Positions 1 through 14,372 of a stretch of DNA of 64,000 nucleotides are shown piece after piece. Position 1 is the first letter of the stretch, and each line of letters begins with the position of its first letter. The notes below the pieces were generated by a model, which worked only from the letters and a program-made list of their open reading frames with translations, ran no database searches and was not told the origin of the DNA. This DNA comes from the human T2T-CHM13v2.0 reference genome, Homo sapiens, in assembly GCF_009914755.1 (NCBI RefSeq), contig NC_060925.1; one strand, written 5' to 3'. Both the position numbers and the translations under genes were made by a program.

Positions 1-1284
1 GAATACAAAGTAGATTTAATGGCTTTAAATTTTAAAATAACCACCTTTAGTTTATTAAACTGGATTTTTGAACATTGTTAAGTCTGTTTTAATTATTATG
101 ATGGACTTAGGGTAGTTTAAAGAAAAAGCGGTAAATTTTATCTGCACAATTCAGGGTTTTAAAGTTCTGTTGGGCAGCCATTATATTTCAGGCACTGAGA
201 TTGGTGCTAGAGATAGAAAGATGAATAGGACACAATCTAAGCCCTCAGTGACCAGACTCTAATAGGAAACATGATGATAGACATGAACCAGTAGCCATGA
301 TACAGTGCTAGAAGTCCAAAGAAGAAATTCATAAGACCCTGGACAGTGAAGAGATGATGTTTCACAGGGGAATAGAGGAGTGAAGGAAGGAGTCAAAAGG
401 GGACCACTTCACTAAGGCACTAATGGACCAAATGTCTGCAAGACTTAATGCAGTCACAGTATAGGATAATAGGGGAAATAGAGTAAAACAGCTGGAATGA
501 TTAGAGTTGTGGTCAGAGATTAGATCCAATCTATGAACATGGGAGTGGATATTGACCTACTGCAAAGGTTAAAGTGCTGGGAAGTCTGAAGGTGAGTCAC
601 TGACATAGAAATGGAAACTTCCCCAAGAGGATGGCAGGAGCTGCTGGGAAGGGGAATATTTTATAAATCAACCACATATTTACCACCTCAAATTTAACAT
701 AACCCACATGGAATCCTAGTATCGCTACCCGACTATGTCCTACTCTAATGTCCCAGTCTTAGTAAATATCACCCCGCATTCATCCAGTAGCTCATGCCAG
801 AATCCTTTCAGTCATTCCTGATGCTGTCTTCTTTCTCACCCCCATGGCTTATGCATCACAAGTCCTAGTGATTCCATGAACAAAGCATGTAAATGCTCTC
901 CTCCATTTTCAGTCTCTATACCACCACTTTGATGCATGCTTCGCTATCTCCAAAACTACCATTTTCACCTCCCTGGTCCACCACGGTAGCATCCCTCCTA
1001 AATGTCCTGTTTCCCTCCTTACTTCTCATCAACTCCTTTCTTTTATCCTATGATCTTCAAATTTTGTAAATTATTAGTAGTAAAAAAAATTTTAGCATGT
1101 GCCTGCAATGTATGCATATCTGTAAGTTGCAAAGATGTACTACTGTTTCTGTACTAATATATTATACATGTTTAAAATGTGTGCAAAAGTACAAATGTTA
1201 AATGATGAGTACGAAATAGTGCTAAAATATTTTAATCATACTTATTGATCATACAAAACCTTTTTGCTCTCACTAAACATTAAT

Positions 1285-1465
1285 AATAGGAGAAATGTGA
1301 TTTGTATGCTTCATTATTTTTTCAAATCTGGATTTAAAACTTGTAGCAAATCCCAATTCTGCTTCGTCATGCAGTTTATTTTGATGATTAATTTAATAGC
1401 TGTCATGTCTGAAAAAGATAACTCACAGAGACACATAGATCTGGATGAAAGAAGTACATCTTTGA
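1285..1465 (-). mobile_element. hAT-Charlie transposase C-terminal (dimerisation domain) fossil
   Basis: Minus-strand translation DVLLSSRSMCLCELSFSDMTAIK, then after a frameshift HQNKLHDEAELGFATSFKSRFEK..SHFS. Resembles the hAT motif LLPFxSTYLCExxFSxMxxIK..RNRL..L..A.S...PRF. Confidence 0.7.
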
Positions 1466-1487
1466 TTTTACCAACTAGACATTTGTG

Positions 1488-1555
1488 TCAGTCCATTCTT
1501 GTGTGGCTGTAAAACGTACCTGAGATTGGATAATTCATAAAGAAAAGAGGTTTGT
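1488..1555 (-). mobile_element. MST/THE1-type MaLR LTR fragment
   Basis: CAGTCCATTCTTG...TACCTGAGATTGGATAATTCATAAAGAAAAGAGGTTT matches the MaLR LTR terminus. Confidence 0.7.
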
Positions 1556-1844
1556 ACTAGAGTTGCCCAGCAGTGTTCCAGAGCACTGGCCTTCATATAT
1601 GTTGCATGTGGCCTCTCTGAGGATATTTTGAAGATCCAATCCTGTCCATGCCTATTTTAAGATTTTAGTTTAAATAATACATTCTTCATTTTAGGTTAAA
1701 TAGTTAGAAAAAATATAATTATCACTGAAATTTAAACACTGACATTTAATTATAACTATTATGTATCTCCTTAAATGTGCCACTGAAACATAAATGCCAA
1801 AGTGAATTGATACCCAACATAAGGCTAAATAGCACAGGGAAAGC

Positions 1845-2680
1845 TCTTCTCATTGCATCCATCAGGTGATGCAGAATTTTGATTCATCCCATGACTCATG
1901 TTATTAACCAGATGACAGAAGGTGCTGTCTGCTAGCCTTTTCCATTGGAAATCTCCTCTTTTCTCTGTCTATTTAATGCATATTTTTTTTGGAAAGGCAT
2001 TTTGAGATTTTATGTTTATCCCTTTCATCATCAAACTGTCAATTTATTGTTTGTTTATTTATGTGAATACAGACTCATGGGTTTCTGCCGTAATCCAATG
2101 GGTTATAATCTGTTACAATCATTTATTTTGATCTTCAAGTTGTCTAAGGCTTGGCCACTGGGAGCCCCTTGAAACTTCTCTGAATTTTTGGCATATCCCC
2201 ATTATTCCTTGAGCAATTCCTTATACTGCAGCACATTAGATGTTCCAGACTCAACTTACAGTTTCTCTACCTTAGCCCTGAATCCTCCATTTCTCCAAGG
2301 TGCCATGATTTCTTTTAGTGGATAAAGGACAATAATATTTAGAGAAAATATATGAGTGTTTATGGCTAATGGGGGTATCACTGCTCTTACACACTCTTAG
2401 TTGACAGAGCTAAGGAATATATTTTATACTCATGCATACGCATATTTCCATATCTGTTTATTTTATATCTATATATTTTGAGAACCATGAATTCATACTG
2501 GTATCTCTAGTTCCAATCTGATATAATAGAGTTACTTCTGGTTTTCTGCTTTTTTATATTTGTAATTCCTTTCTCATCCATGGTGAAGCTTCTGATTCTT
2601 GTTATTCTCAATATGTTATTTGATCAGTCTCCTTGTGTGTAGCCAATCTTGAGTTGCCGCTACTGCCACCACCAGGAACC
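1845..2680 (-). mobile_element. Old L1M (L1MC-like) 3'-end fragment
   Basis: Motifs such as TTCTCATTGCATCCATCAGGTG, TTGGCCACTGGGAGCCCCTT and GAACCATGAATTCATACTG resemble the antisense L1MC 3'UTR. Confidence 0.6.
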
Positions 2681-3298
2681 CTGCAGGGACACCCTCTCCA
2701 CCCTGCTTGGTTTCTGACACTATGTGCTGGGCCTCCCTCTTTGGGTTGACCTCGTCACCCATCTCAGACTCTGAAACCCACACTCTGCTACCACCCCTTG
2801 AGTAGACATTCTTCTCATGCTGGTCTGGCTCTGACATTTCACTCTGGTACCATGGCCCTCTCCCAAAGCAACTGCACGGATGGCTAACTAGTTCTGCTCC
2901 ATTTCACTGCTTTGGGACTGAATTGTTTAGAAAAGGGAGAGGAAGAGAAAAGGAAGCAAAACCATGTTTTAGTGGACTGGTCCTGTATTGCTGCAGTGAA
3001 CATAAAATGCCGTTTTGTTATAAATAAATACTATTAAATCTAGGTTTCCTGAATGAGATTTGAAACATCATTAAATGTTTTGGTTTTGCTAAATACATAA
3101 TGAATGCATATTATGGCAAATGACTTAAAGTTGCAGTCCACCTCTTTATTCAGTTGTTACTTTTGACTTGGCATTTTCTGAATACCTTAAGAACTTGAAC
3201 AACAAACAGATGATTACCCTCCACCGCCTCATCACTATTACCACCCGGGTCATCAGACAGTGGTACTTGTAGAGTTTCCACATTGTCCTGACAAATAA

Positions 3299-4064
<766 letters not shown>

Positions 4065-4156
4065 TATCTAGTTACTATAACTCAATCATATAACAGTGTA
4101 TGAAATTTTATCTAAGCACACAAATTATATTGTTTCTGAAATTCAGTATCCTCATC

Positions 4157-4557
4157 TATATTTAGGCTATTCTTGCATTGCTATAAAGAAATACCTGAGA
4201 CTGGGTAATTTATAAGAAAAGAAGTTTAATTGGCTCATGGTTCTGCAGGTTGTACAGGAAGCATCTGCTTCTGGGGAGGCCCCAGGAAGCTTTTGCTCAT
4301 GGTGGAAGGCAAAGTGGGAGCAGGCATGTCACATGGCAAAAGCAGGAGCAAGAGAGAGTGGGGTGGGAGGTGACATACACTTTTAAATGACCAGATCTCG
4401 TAAGAACCCACTACCGTGTAAACAGCACCAAGCCATGAGGGATCCACCCCCATGACCCCATGACCCAAACATCTCCCCCCAGTCCCCACCTCCATCCAGC
4501 ATTGGGGATTACAATTCAACATGAGATTTGGGTGGGGACAACTATCCAAACTATATT
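4157..4557 (-). mobile_element. MSTA/MSTB MaLR solo LTR
   Basis: GCATTGCTATAAAGAAATACCTGAGACTGGGTAATTTATAAG ... CAACATGAGATTTGGGTGGGGACA. Confidence 0.9.
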
Positions 4558-7500
4558 ATCATCTTTACAATGCAATCGTGTAATTTGGATGAGCTTCATA
4601 AAATGGATTGTTAAAGAAACCCCAATAGCAGAGCAGTGAAGAGAATTTCAAGGATGCTCAGTGATATGATGACAAAAATAAGTTGAGTTTACTCTGCAAC
4701 AAGTGAGTGTTTGATTTTGCAGCCACACCTCATCATTAAGACAGTTAACACTGTATTTCATACTTAGACATTTTTAGAAGAAAGATATTATTTAAAATAA
4801 TGCTATAAATTTTAGTGTTATTTTTCTTGACATTGTCTTTAAAAAGATTAAGTACTCTTGTAATTAATCTTTACACAATTACATTAATATATGTAACATT
4901 AAGAAGTAGAGAAATTACTAGCCAAAAAAAGCAGGTTAGGTTAAGAAGACCTTATGAATATTACATATACTTCTCTGAAAACCAGAGAAAACATCATGTA
5001 CTGTTCTGTCAAGATAATGTGATACTTAAATAATCCTTTTAGGCTTTTTTTTTTTCTTTAAACCTGGTTGGTAAAGAGAATAATTGGAAATGTTCCTTTT
5101 ACCAGCACAGTTCAACAATACAATGAAATGTCAATACTTTAGAAAATGAATTAATGATAATTGTTAGGAATTTTAGTCTAGGCAACCGCTGAAATTGGAA
5201 TGCAAAGTAGGCTTCTAATTATTTTTACAAATTTAGCTAGAGGGATGTTTTTAACTCAGCTACTTTTAATATTTAACTTTCTTCAAAGCATTAAGGTATA
5301 TAAGCATTCGAGCACTGAGAAAAGCAAATTAAAATTAAAATACCACCTCCAAAAGGGACAGGAAAAAATCCCGGTCAAAGATCAGGAAGACTTCAGTAGT
5401 TTTATTTCTGGTGAAGAAAATTTCCAAATGGTCATTCTTAAATCCTAAATTCTCAGCTTTGCTTCAGATTCTTTTGAAGCCATCCGTTAGGTGGAAAAGG
5501 TTCCCCACATCAAAAACAATGATTATATCTGTACAGAATAAGCTCTTTTCTAAAAAAAAAAAAAAAAAAAAGTCAAAACTCTTACAAGTATTATCGATAC
5601 TTGAGTTGGCTGTTGGTAATTGGAAAAACCTTACAGAGTTCAGAGTTTCAGGTAGAAATCCCTTATCTAGTGATGATTCTGGGACAGGACTGGCTTACCT
5701 TTGACAAATGACAGTTTATAGTCAGTTGAAGATTGCTTAAGAAGAGAAAGTATAGCCAATTCAAATGAAAAATATAGATAAGGCAGGGTAAGCTCCATAG
5801 GAAGAAACTGATTAGGACAAGATTGTAGGACTGCAAGGGAAAAAAAGTGACCTTGTACATAAAGTGAGAAGGGAAGGCCCTGAGTCAAAGGAATGCATGG
5901 TGGAAGGGGCTTTGAGAGAAATAAAATATGAATTGCTTTCTTACCATAGAACACCTGGAAGAATTGCTATTTTCACATTTCCAAATCACACCACATACTT
6001 CTATTCTAAGGTAGCTGACTGCAAATAATTGTAATAATGCTGTTCGGACACTCATCTTTTGGAGATGGACTATTTAGAAAACTAGAAAATTTTATTTTTA
6101 CACTTTTATTCATGACCAGAAATCAAAATTCTATAAAGAGTATTGCAGGATTTCAAAGCTCACAGGTAGTTGGGCAAAGTATGCTGGGTAAAAAAAAAAC
6201 TGAAGCAGAGAATGTTAGGTTTTCCAATGTATGGAAAGGCATGGAAGTGCGAAAGCCTTGTTCAGGAGGACAAAGCTTTGGATGGCTCTGAAAGTCAAAG
6301 TGAAACAGATAATTAAGCTAAGTAAATAATTTTGTTTAGAATTAGTCTAAATTTGAGGAGTTGTCTAAGTTTATATAGATAAGTTAAGCAGCATATTGAA
6401 AATGAAACGATGTCTAATCTCTTGGAGATTGCTGAGTTTTATGGAAAACAGGACTCATGCAACAGCATTATCTAAAATTGGAGAACCTCCTGGGTATTAG
6501 CTACTATTCAACAATGAAATTCTAAATTCAAAATTAGAAATTCAACAATGAAATTCTAAGTGGGTAACCCCACTTAGAGGGGAGACAACAATTTCTGCCA
6601 TGTGGAGAAAACATTTTTACATGAAACGGACTCTGGACGCTATTCTATCAAAAGTCATGGTAGGATGATACGTACTCATGTTACAGACGCATGGCTCAAA
6701 AACAGCAGAGGGAGAAAGAAAGTATTAAGAAGTACTGCTCCTCAAAAATTGGCTTTACTTTCTTGCAAAAATAGGGAGTTGGCATTTTGCAGAGTCGTTT
6801 GGAGGCAAATCATCTCCTTAGAAATGCAGTTAATAAAGACCACTTAAAAAATGCAATGAAAAAAATTTTTTTTCAAACTGAAAAGACTGAAAATTTTCTT
6901 TAAATCATGTTACACTTTTTGTGACAAGGAAATAACTACTCAAATGACCTGGAGTAGAGCTAGAGGGAGCCAAGGAAGCTTACAAAAGTGAAAACATTAT
7001 GCAAACATGAAATTCAGGACTGGCAACTACCCTTTATCACACTCGTGTGTGTAGTAAAATATAATGAATTACACTTTAGTCAAAAATGTAGAGCTACAAT
7101 TTGGAAATATAGACTCAAATAATCTCAATCATTTTAAAATTTATACCATTGAAAATTAAATACCTTCTTCAGGTATTTTTTTACTGTGATATCTGAATCA
7201 GAGAAATTCCTAGGGGCAATTGCAGTCCACTTCTGATACTTAGGTTGCGTTGAGCAAATAAATAGCACCTCATAAAGAACTCTGCCTCCTCAAGGTTTAT
7301 TTAGGGCTGGATATGCTATATACTGCATAATATAACACCAGTAAAGGGAGACTTAAAAGGGAATAAAAATACTACTTAAATAACTTTTTACCTCAAGAAA
7401 GCCAACACTAAGCCCAGGACTTGGCATATAATAGATATTCAACAGGTAATTGCTAAAATCCATAGTTTCCATTTTTATGTACTTTGTATATCATGATATG

Positions 7501-8581
7501 CATCCATTATTTTACAAAGCTGTAATCAGTTGGTAAAAATGCAATTTTATTTTTTTATCAGTTTACTTAATACAACCATAGTAGTAAGAAAAATGGTTTC
7601 TGTAGCTGACAGGCTTCTCATAAACATTGACTTCATACATGACATTTATTAGCCTCAAGATTATGCTATTAAAAATATGGCTCAAAGAATATCTTCTTAC
7701 ATACTTGCCTTTTCCTTTGCTGGAAATTCGTGGTCAGAATTAATTTCTATAAATTATTGACTTTTATCAAAGGATATGAAGATTTTAGTCTGATTAAAAT
7801 TGGTTTATAAGTTGCTTTCTCTTCAGGCCGTACCAACACACACTGGTAGAGAACCTATGAAAATATCACCTTTATAAGAAAGTTCCAGAATGTTTTTGTA
7901 CAGGAGGAGGGCTATGTCAGTCAATGGTCACAGATTTCTCTTACCAGTCAGTTAGAATGTATGTAGGAGTCTGGTCTATTCAAATTACCATGTTGGGTAC
8001 TTTTATGAGGAGAAGAAATTGATAGAATGCATAGTCTCTGTCATTAACTTACCATCTAGTTGGGAAGACTAAACTTATTTTATTAAATTACTATACTCAC
8101 AGCACTATCCAAGATGTTGCAGTGTGGAGAGGGTAGGAAGGAAGGTTGAACTTGATAAGAAACAGAACAATGGTCCTTACCTTCAAAAAATTGGCCACGT
8201 AGCTGACTGGAGTCAATGGAGTAATAAATATTCCTTGTGGTTATAAATGAGCTTACTGTAAATTTCACACATTTCAAACTTCTAGAATAGAGAACTTTTA
8301 TCCTTCTTAGGCCACCCTATCAATCTTATGTACTTCAGGAAAATTACTCTAAAAATGTTGAAATATGGCAAGTGCTTGTTTTTAAATTATGTTGCCACCA
8401 TGACAAGGGCTTTCTTGACATTATTTGAGATATGTTAGATAACCTGAGGACAGTAAGGTTTGGAACCATTATTGAGGAGGCAGATTCTAGGCCTCTGTAA
8501 TCATGATACTTTGCTCCATTGAAAAGCTATCAGAGGATTAACATTTATAGTTGCAGAGGAAGATGTTAGTGATTCTTCTGA

Positions 8582-8933
<352 letters not shown>

Positions 8934-9359
8934 AACCTTTCTTTAACTTCAAAGATTGCATTCCGTAAAGATGATAAAGCTCAGGTTCTGGAATAGCCTG
9001 GTGAGATATTGTCATGAAAAGTGGTGAGAGAGGTGAAAAGAGTTAGAGGGCTGGTAAGCAGAAAGGAAAAAAGAAAGAAAGAAAATCTGATTTAAAAGAT
9101 CTATATATACAATAGGCGTGATGTTCTTCACTTTGAGAATGAGATATTAGCATCATAGGCTTCTTAGAATGCTGAGGAGTCTCTGCAATGACTAAAAAGT
9201 TAGTTTGAGGAAACATATTTTGGACCTTTACTATGAATAGAGATGGCTATGAGTCAGTGCTTTTCACCGGCTGCATCTTCCTGCTGAGAGGATCAAGATT
9301 ATCCCATCAGAGTCAACCAGGAAGCAGATTCTTTGTACTGGATTGTGTATCAAAAATGT

Positions 9360-10740
9360 GATTGATTCATTTGTCCTTTATTCACTTACCCATTTATTTG
9401 TCCAGCAAATACTGACTGAATTCTAACTATGTACACTCTTCTAGGAGCTGGGAATACTGAATAGAATATGGTGGACATATCCTCTCTAGTGTCATGAAGT
9501 CAGGAGAGCAATCAGACTAGTAATTGTAGTAAGTTGTGTTGAGCAGTAATGCTAAGGAAGTACAGAGGGGTATGGGCACAACTAGCAAATGATTCTAATG
9601 TATTCTAGAGGATTGGGAAATGGCTCCATGAGGATGTCCAGTTTAACATGAGTAGGAAATATCCTAGAGAGGGACTGGGAAACAGCATTCTGGATGAGAG
9701 AAAAACAGGTAATGAATGAACAAAGGCAAAAGAGAGAGAAGAATTTTGAGGAAATAAAAGAAACGTTCAGGATGGCCCCCGACATGGAGTTTGAGAGGGA
9801 TGGTAATTAGAATTGAGGCTGAAACAGCAGGTAAGCCCTAGATTACATGAGTCACTTTAAAGAGTTGGAACTTTATTGTAAGTGAAACAGGCATCAATTG
9901 GTTTTATGCAGGGGAAAGTACTAGGTCGATTTGTGTTCATTACAGGGCAATTTGGCGGCTGCGTGGAGAATGCATTTGAGGGGATAGGGAATTAAGTCAG
10001 CAAGATTGGTTAGCAGACCACAGAAGTAATACACATGAGACAAAATGGTGGACTCTTCCACGGTTTTGACAATAGGAATGGAAAGAAGTGAAGGAATTGA
10101 GAGGAAAAGAGGTAAATAAGCAAGAATTGGAGCTGGTTGTAAGATTTGCTTTAATGAACAAATCTGAGTAAGAACTTGATGTAAGATTCAGTAAGAGGAG
10201 GAGCAAGGGATTATATTGAAGTTCACCTTAGGAAACTTAGTGGTACCATGATGTGATATTAAGTTAAAAAAAAAAAAAGTTAAATAAGTTAAATGATTTC
10301 ACTTAGGGACATAAGTTTGAGATGCCTGGGAGCCATCGAAAGTGAAGAGGCTTAATAAGCAGTCAGTTATACAGATGCGGAATTCAGTAAAGATTTGACC
10401 TAGAAATATGGATTTGGGAGTCATCAGCAAATAGATGGTAATTGAAACAATCGGAAGGATGTGATTATCCGGGGAGAATGAAAATAGAACCCTGCAGAAC
10501 AAAGGTAGTTAAGGAGGAGGGTAAAGGAAAATGAAGCTACAAAGATGATTGAGAAAATTGACCCGAACAGTGAGACAACAGCCATGAGAGTGTGCTGACT
10601 CAGAAACTAAGAGCAAACACTGATTGGGAGGGACGGAGCAGTGCCATTTGCAGCTGTGAAGATCCGGCGAGTTAAGGACAGAGAACTTAGTGAGGTGGAT
10701 GAGAACAGTTCCAGTAGAGTCGGAGAACAAGTGCCTGTTT
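9360..10740 (-). mobile_element. LINE-2 (L2) 3' fragment
   Basis: Starts with an ATTCATTT..CAGCAAATACTGACTGAA antisense L2 tail, followed by a long GA-rich L2-like body. Confidence 0.7.
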
Positions 10741-11265
10741 ATATATAGCACTCCATTTCCTTCCTTTTCTTCTGTAAATCAGATCACCTGGGCTGTGAGC
10801 ATCATGTGAAAGTTAAGAATCCATGGAATTCCAGTAAAGACCTCTTTCTTCCGTAAATTACATGACCTGTAGGAACATTCATTGTGATTTTTTGGAGCTG
10901 TTTTTCCTCACTTTTTGTCCTCAGCTTGGTTTAGTAAGTAATGCAGATTGCTTGGTCATAGGAAGATGAAACACTATTTGATTAAGTTGCTGAAATATTT
11001 TTTATAAAAATCTGATGAAGCAAAAGTATTTTAATGCACAAGGATTAATTTTAATTATCCAGAACACCAAAAGCATTATTTCTATTAAGAAAAAATTTTA
11101 TTTATATAAATGTGATATTCTCAGGAACTTATTTTTGAATTTCTTCGAAAACAAAAAAGCATCTTTAGAGTTTGAGTAGACAATTTTATCACCAGGAAAA
11201 GATATGAGTCCGTACATTAGGGGATTATGTGTTACTTGGTGAATAATGACTACATTGCTATAAAC

Positions 11266-11487
11266 CAAGCTTGTTCAACCCATGGGCCGTGGGCTGCATG
11301 CAGCCCAGGATAGCTTTGAATACAGCCCCAAATAAATTCATAAACTTAAAACATTATGAGATATTTTGCAATATATTTATTTTTAGCTCATCAGCTATCA
11401 TTAGTGTTAGTGTATTTTATGTGTGGCCTAAGACAATTCTTTTTTTTCTAATGTGGCCCAGGGAAGTCAAAGGATTAGATACCCCTG
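11266..11487 (-). mobile_element. MER30 (hAT-Charlie MITE)
   Basis: CAAGCTTGTTCAACC...GGATTAGATACCCCTG. 8-bp TSD CTATAAAC/CTATAATC. Confidence 0.9.
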
Positions 11488-11692
11488 CTATAATCTTATA
11501 AGGTCAAGATTGTTTTTCTTTTTTTTTTTTTTTTGAATGTGAATGATTAATTCTTTCTTGCCTTGGTTTAGTTTTTGAGGGACTCCTCTATTTTCTCTTT
11601 TGTTTCTCCTGATTTTCAAGCTTTGGGTTTGGGCAGTTATATTCCTAAAGCATTGTAAATAATAGTAGAAAGGGTACAACAAAGAGGGAACA

Positions 11693-12002
11693 GGCTGGGT
11701 ACTGTGGCTCACACCTGTAATCCCAGCACTTTAGGAGGCTAAGGCAGGAGAATCATTTGAGCTCACAAGATTGAGACCAGCCTGGGCAACCTCAGGAGAT
11801 TCTATCTGTACAAAAAATTAAAAAAATTAGCTGGGCATGGGAGCATGCACCATAGTCCAAGCTACTTGGAAGGCTAAGCCAGGAGGATTGCTTGAGCCCA
11901 GGAGGTCAAGGCTGCAGTGAGCCATGATCATGCCACAGACTGGAAGACAGAGTGAAACCCTGTCTCAAAACAAAGAAAAAAAAGTGAAAAAAGAAAAAAA
12001 AA
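11693..12002 (+). mobile_element. AluJ
   Basis: GGAGGATTGCTTGAGCCCAGGAGGTCAAGGCTGCAGTGAGCCATGATC is diagnostic of AluJ. Confidence 0.92.
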
Positions 12003-12299
12003 GATTTTGTTTTTAAAAAGGAACAGATACTATTATTGGTGGTTTAGATGAGTTGCCCAAGTGCACACTTTTATGAGTCAATGTATTGTTTTCAGTATCT
12101 TTAGGAAATTGAGGCAGTGTATCCTCACCTTAATGTAACCCGCTATAGGGTAGATTTCTATATAGCATGAATTTGCTCTGCACTCCTCTAAAAGATGTTT
12201 AGGCCTTAGAAGTAATAAATAATTAAAGCACCCTTGGCAAACCATATCATCTTCACCTATTATCATAATTAATAATTGTATAGCCCTTTATATTTTGAG

Positions 12300-12400
12300 A
12301 ACACATACAGATATGCACACACACAGATTATATATATATATACATATATAGATATATATACACACAGATATATATATAGATATATATATCTGTGTGTGTG

Positions 12401-12430
<30 letters not shown>
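12300..12430. repeat. Compound (TA)n/(CA)n microsatellite
   Basis: Directly visible. Confidence 0.95.
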
Positions 12431-12431
<1 letters not shown>

Positions 12432-12766
12432 GGTCATGCATTGCTTAAAGATGGAGCTATGTTATGAGAAAATGTGGCATTAGGCAATTTCACCATTGTG
12501 CCAACATCATAGAGTGCGCTTACACAAACCTACATGGTATAGCCTACTATACGCTTAGGCTGTATACTATAGCCTATTGCTCCTAGGCTACAAATCTTTA
12601 CGGCATGTTACTGTAGTGAATACTGCAGGCACTTGTAACACGATGGTGAGTATTTGTGTATCTAAACATACCTAAATATAGAAAAGGTACAGTAAAAATA
12701 TAGTATTATAGTTTTATTGGATCACTGCTGTATATGCAGACCAAAAAATCGTGTAGCTCATGGCTG
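12431..12766 (+). mobile_element. Tigger3a (MER7A) DNA transposon
   Basis: CGGTCATGCATTGCTTAA...ACACAAACCTACATGGTATAGCCTAC...CATGGCTG(TA). Confidence 0.9.
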
Positions 12767-12769
12767 TAG

Positions 12770-12803
<34 letters not shown>

Positions 12804-12805
12804 GG

Positions 12806-12858
<53 letters not shown>

Positions 12859-12930
12859 TAACAGCCATATATATATATATATATACAAGACCGTAATATA
12901 TATATATATATATAGCCGTATATATATATC
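12767..12930. repeat. Compound (TA)n/(CA)n microsatellite
   Basis: Directly visible. Confidence 0.95.
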
Positions 12931-13744
12931 TTATTCATTTGTCCTGTGAAATAGGTTATTAGCCCTATTTTATAGATAAGGAATCTGAAGCTTAAAGAAG
13001 GTTAAATTGCATGGCTGTGGGCACACAGAATGTGGTTATAGAGCTAGAAGGTGAGGCTCCCATTCATCCCCCCACCTGTCCAACCCCATTTCTGACAGAT
13101 TGTTACTACAGCTTTTATGATTTGCAGAGTTTACTTTTCCACCTCTGGGAATTCTACAGAAATGAGAAAAAAAAAGTTTCCAAAATTAGACAAAAATACC
13201 AGCCTCTGACAGAAATTGAATGCAATTAAAGATAACTAAGTATTAATAATTTATGGACTCCAACAAGTCTGAGCTTTTCTTGCATTCAGCCTTTTCCTAA
13301 TTGGCAGGAATCACTAACTGGTAGAAGCACTCGGCTCTACATGTTCCTGTTTCCTGTGTGTTTGCCATTAGTGCAAACCTGTGAGATCATGGTGACTTTG
13401 TGAAACTTCTCGAGAAAATTCAGTCAAGTCTAAGAAAGGTTTTCATTCTTTGTCCAACTTATTGGGACCACTTAAGATTCAAATTGCAATAAAGAGATGA
13501 TAAAAACATTTAAAATACTTTCTATGCAGGTGCCAATGATAAGGTGCTTTTTGCTACAAAAATGCAAAGGTTATACCTAAGTGTGCAGAAAAGAAATGGT
13601 GAGGCTGCTGGGAATTCTGAGTCTGAAAATAATGCTCAATAAATAGTAGGCAATAAATATTATGCAATAAACGCATAATAAAAAGGACTCTCACTGGTAA
13701 TACAGGTCTATGTCATGAGATTGTGTAAAATTTTGTATGTGTAT

Positions 13745-13960
13745 CTAGTGCCTGCTATGTGCTCGGTGTTGCTCTTTTAAATATATTAACTTATTTGATT
13801 GTTATACCAACTCTATAGGGAGGATTCCGTGGTTTCCTCCACTTCACAGGAGAAACTGAGGCTAAAGACATTAAAAAACTTACCCTAAGACACACAATGA
13901 ATATGTGGTGGAGCCAGAATTCAAACTTAGAGGTTTAGATCCAGCACATTATTCTGCCTC
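13745..13960 (-). mobile_element. MIR
   Basis: Antisense MIR core CACTTCACAGGAGAAACTGAGGCT...GGAGCCAGAATTCAAAC. Confidence 0.75.
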
Positions 13961-14009
13961 TCCAGTAAAATCAGACAGAAAATCAGTGTCTGCAAAATCA
14001 GAAAATATT

Positions 14010-14372
14010 TGTATTAGTCTGTTCTCATACTGCTAGTAAAGACATACCTGAGACTCAGTAATTTATAAAGAAAGAGATTTAATGGACTCACAGTTCCACA
14101 TGGCTGGAGGGGCCTCACAATCATGGTAGAAGGCAAAGGAAGAGCAAAGGGACTTCTTACGTGGCAGCGGGCAAGAGAGCAAATGCAGGGGAACTCCCCT
14201 TTATAAAACCATCAGATCTCATGAGACTAATTCACTATCATGAGAACAACACGGGAAAGACCCACCCCAGTGATTCAATTACCTCCCACCAGGTCCCTCC
14301 CATGACACATGGGAATTATAGGAACTACAATTCAAGATAAGATTTGGGTGGGAACACAGCAAAGCCATATCA
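14010..14372 (-). mobile_element. THE1 (B/C-like) MaLR solo LTR
   Basis: Full LTR TGTATTAGTCTGTTCTC...AGCCATATCA. 5-bp TSD ATATT/ATACT. Confidence 0.93.
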
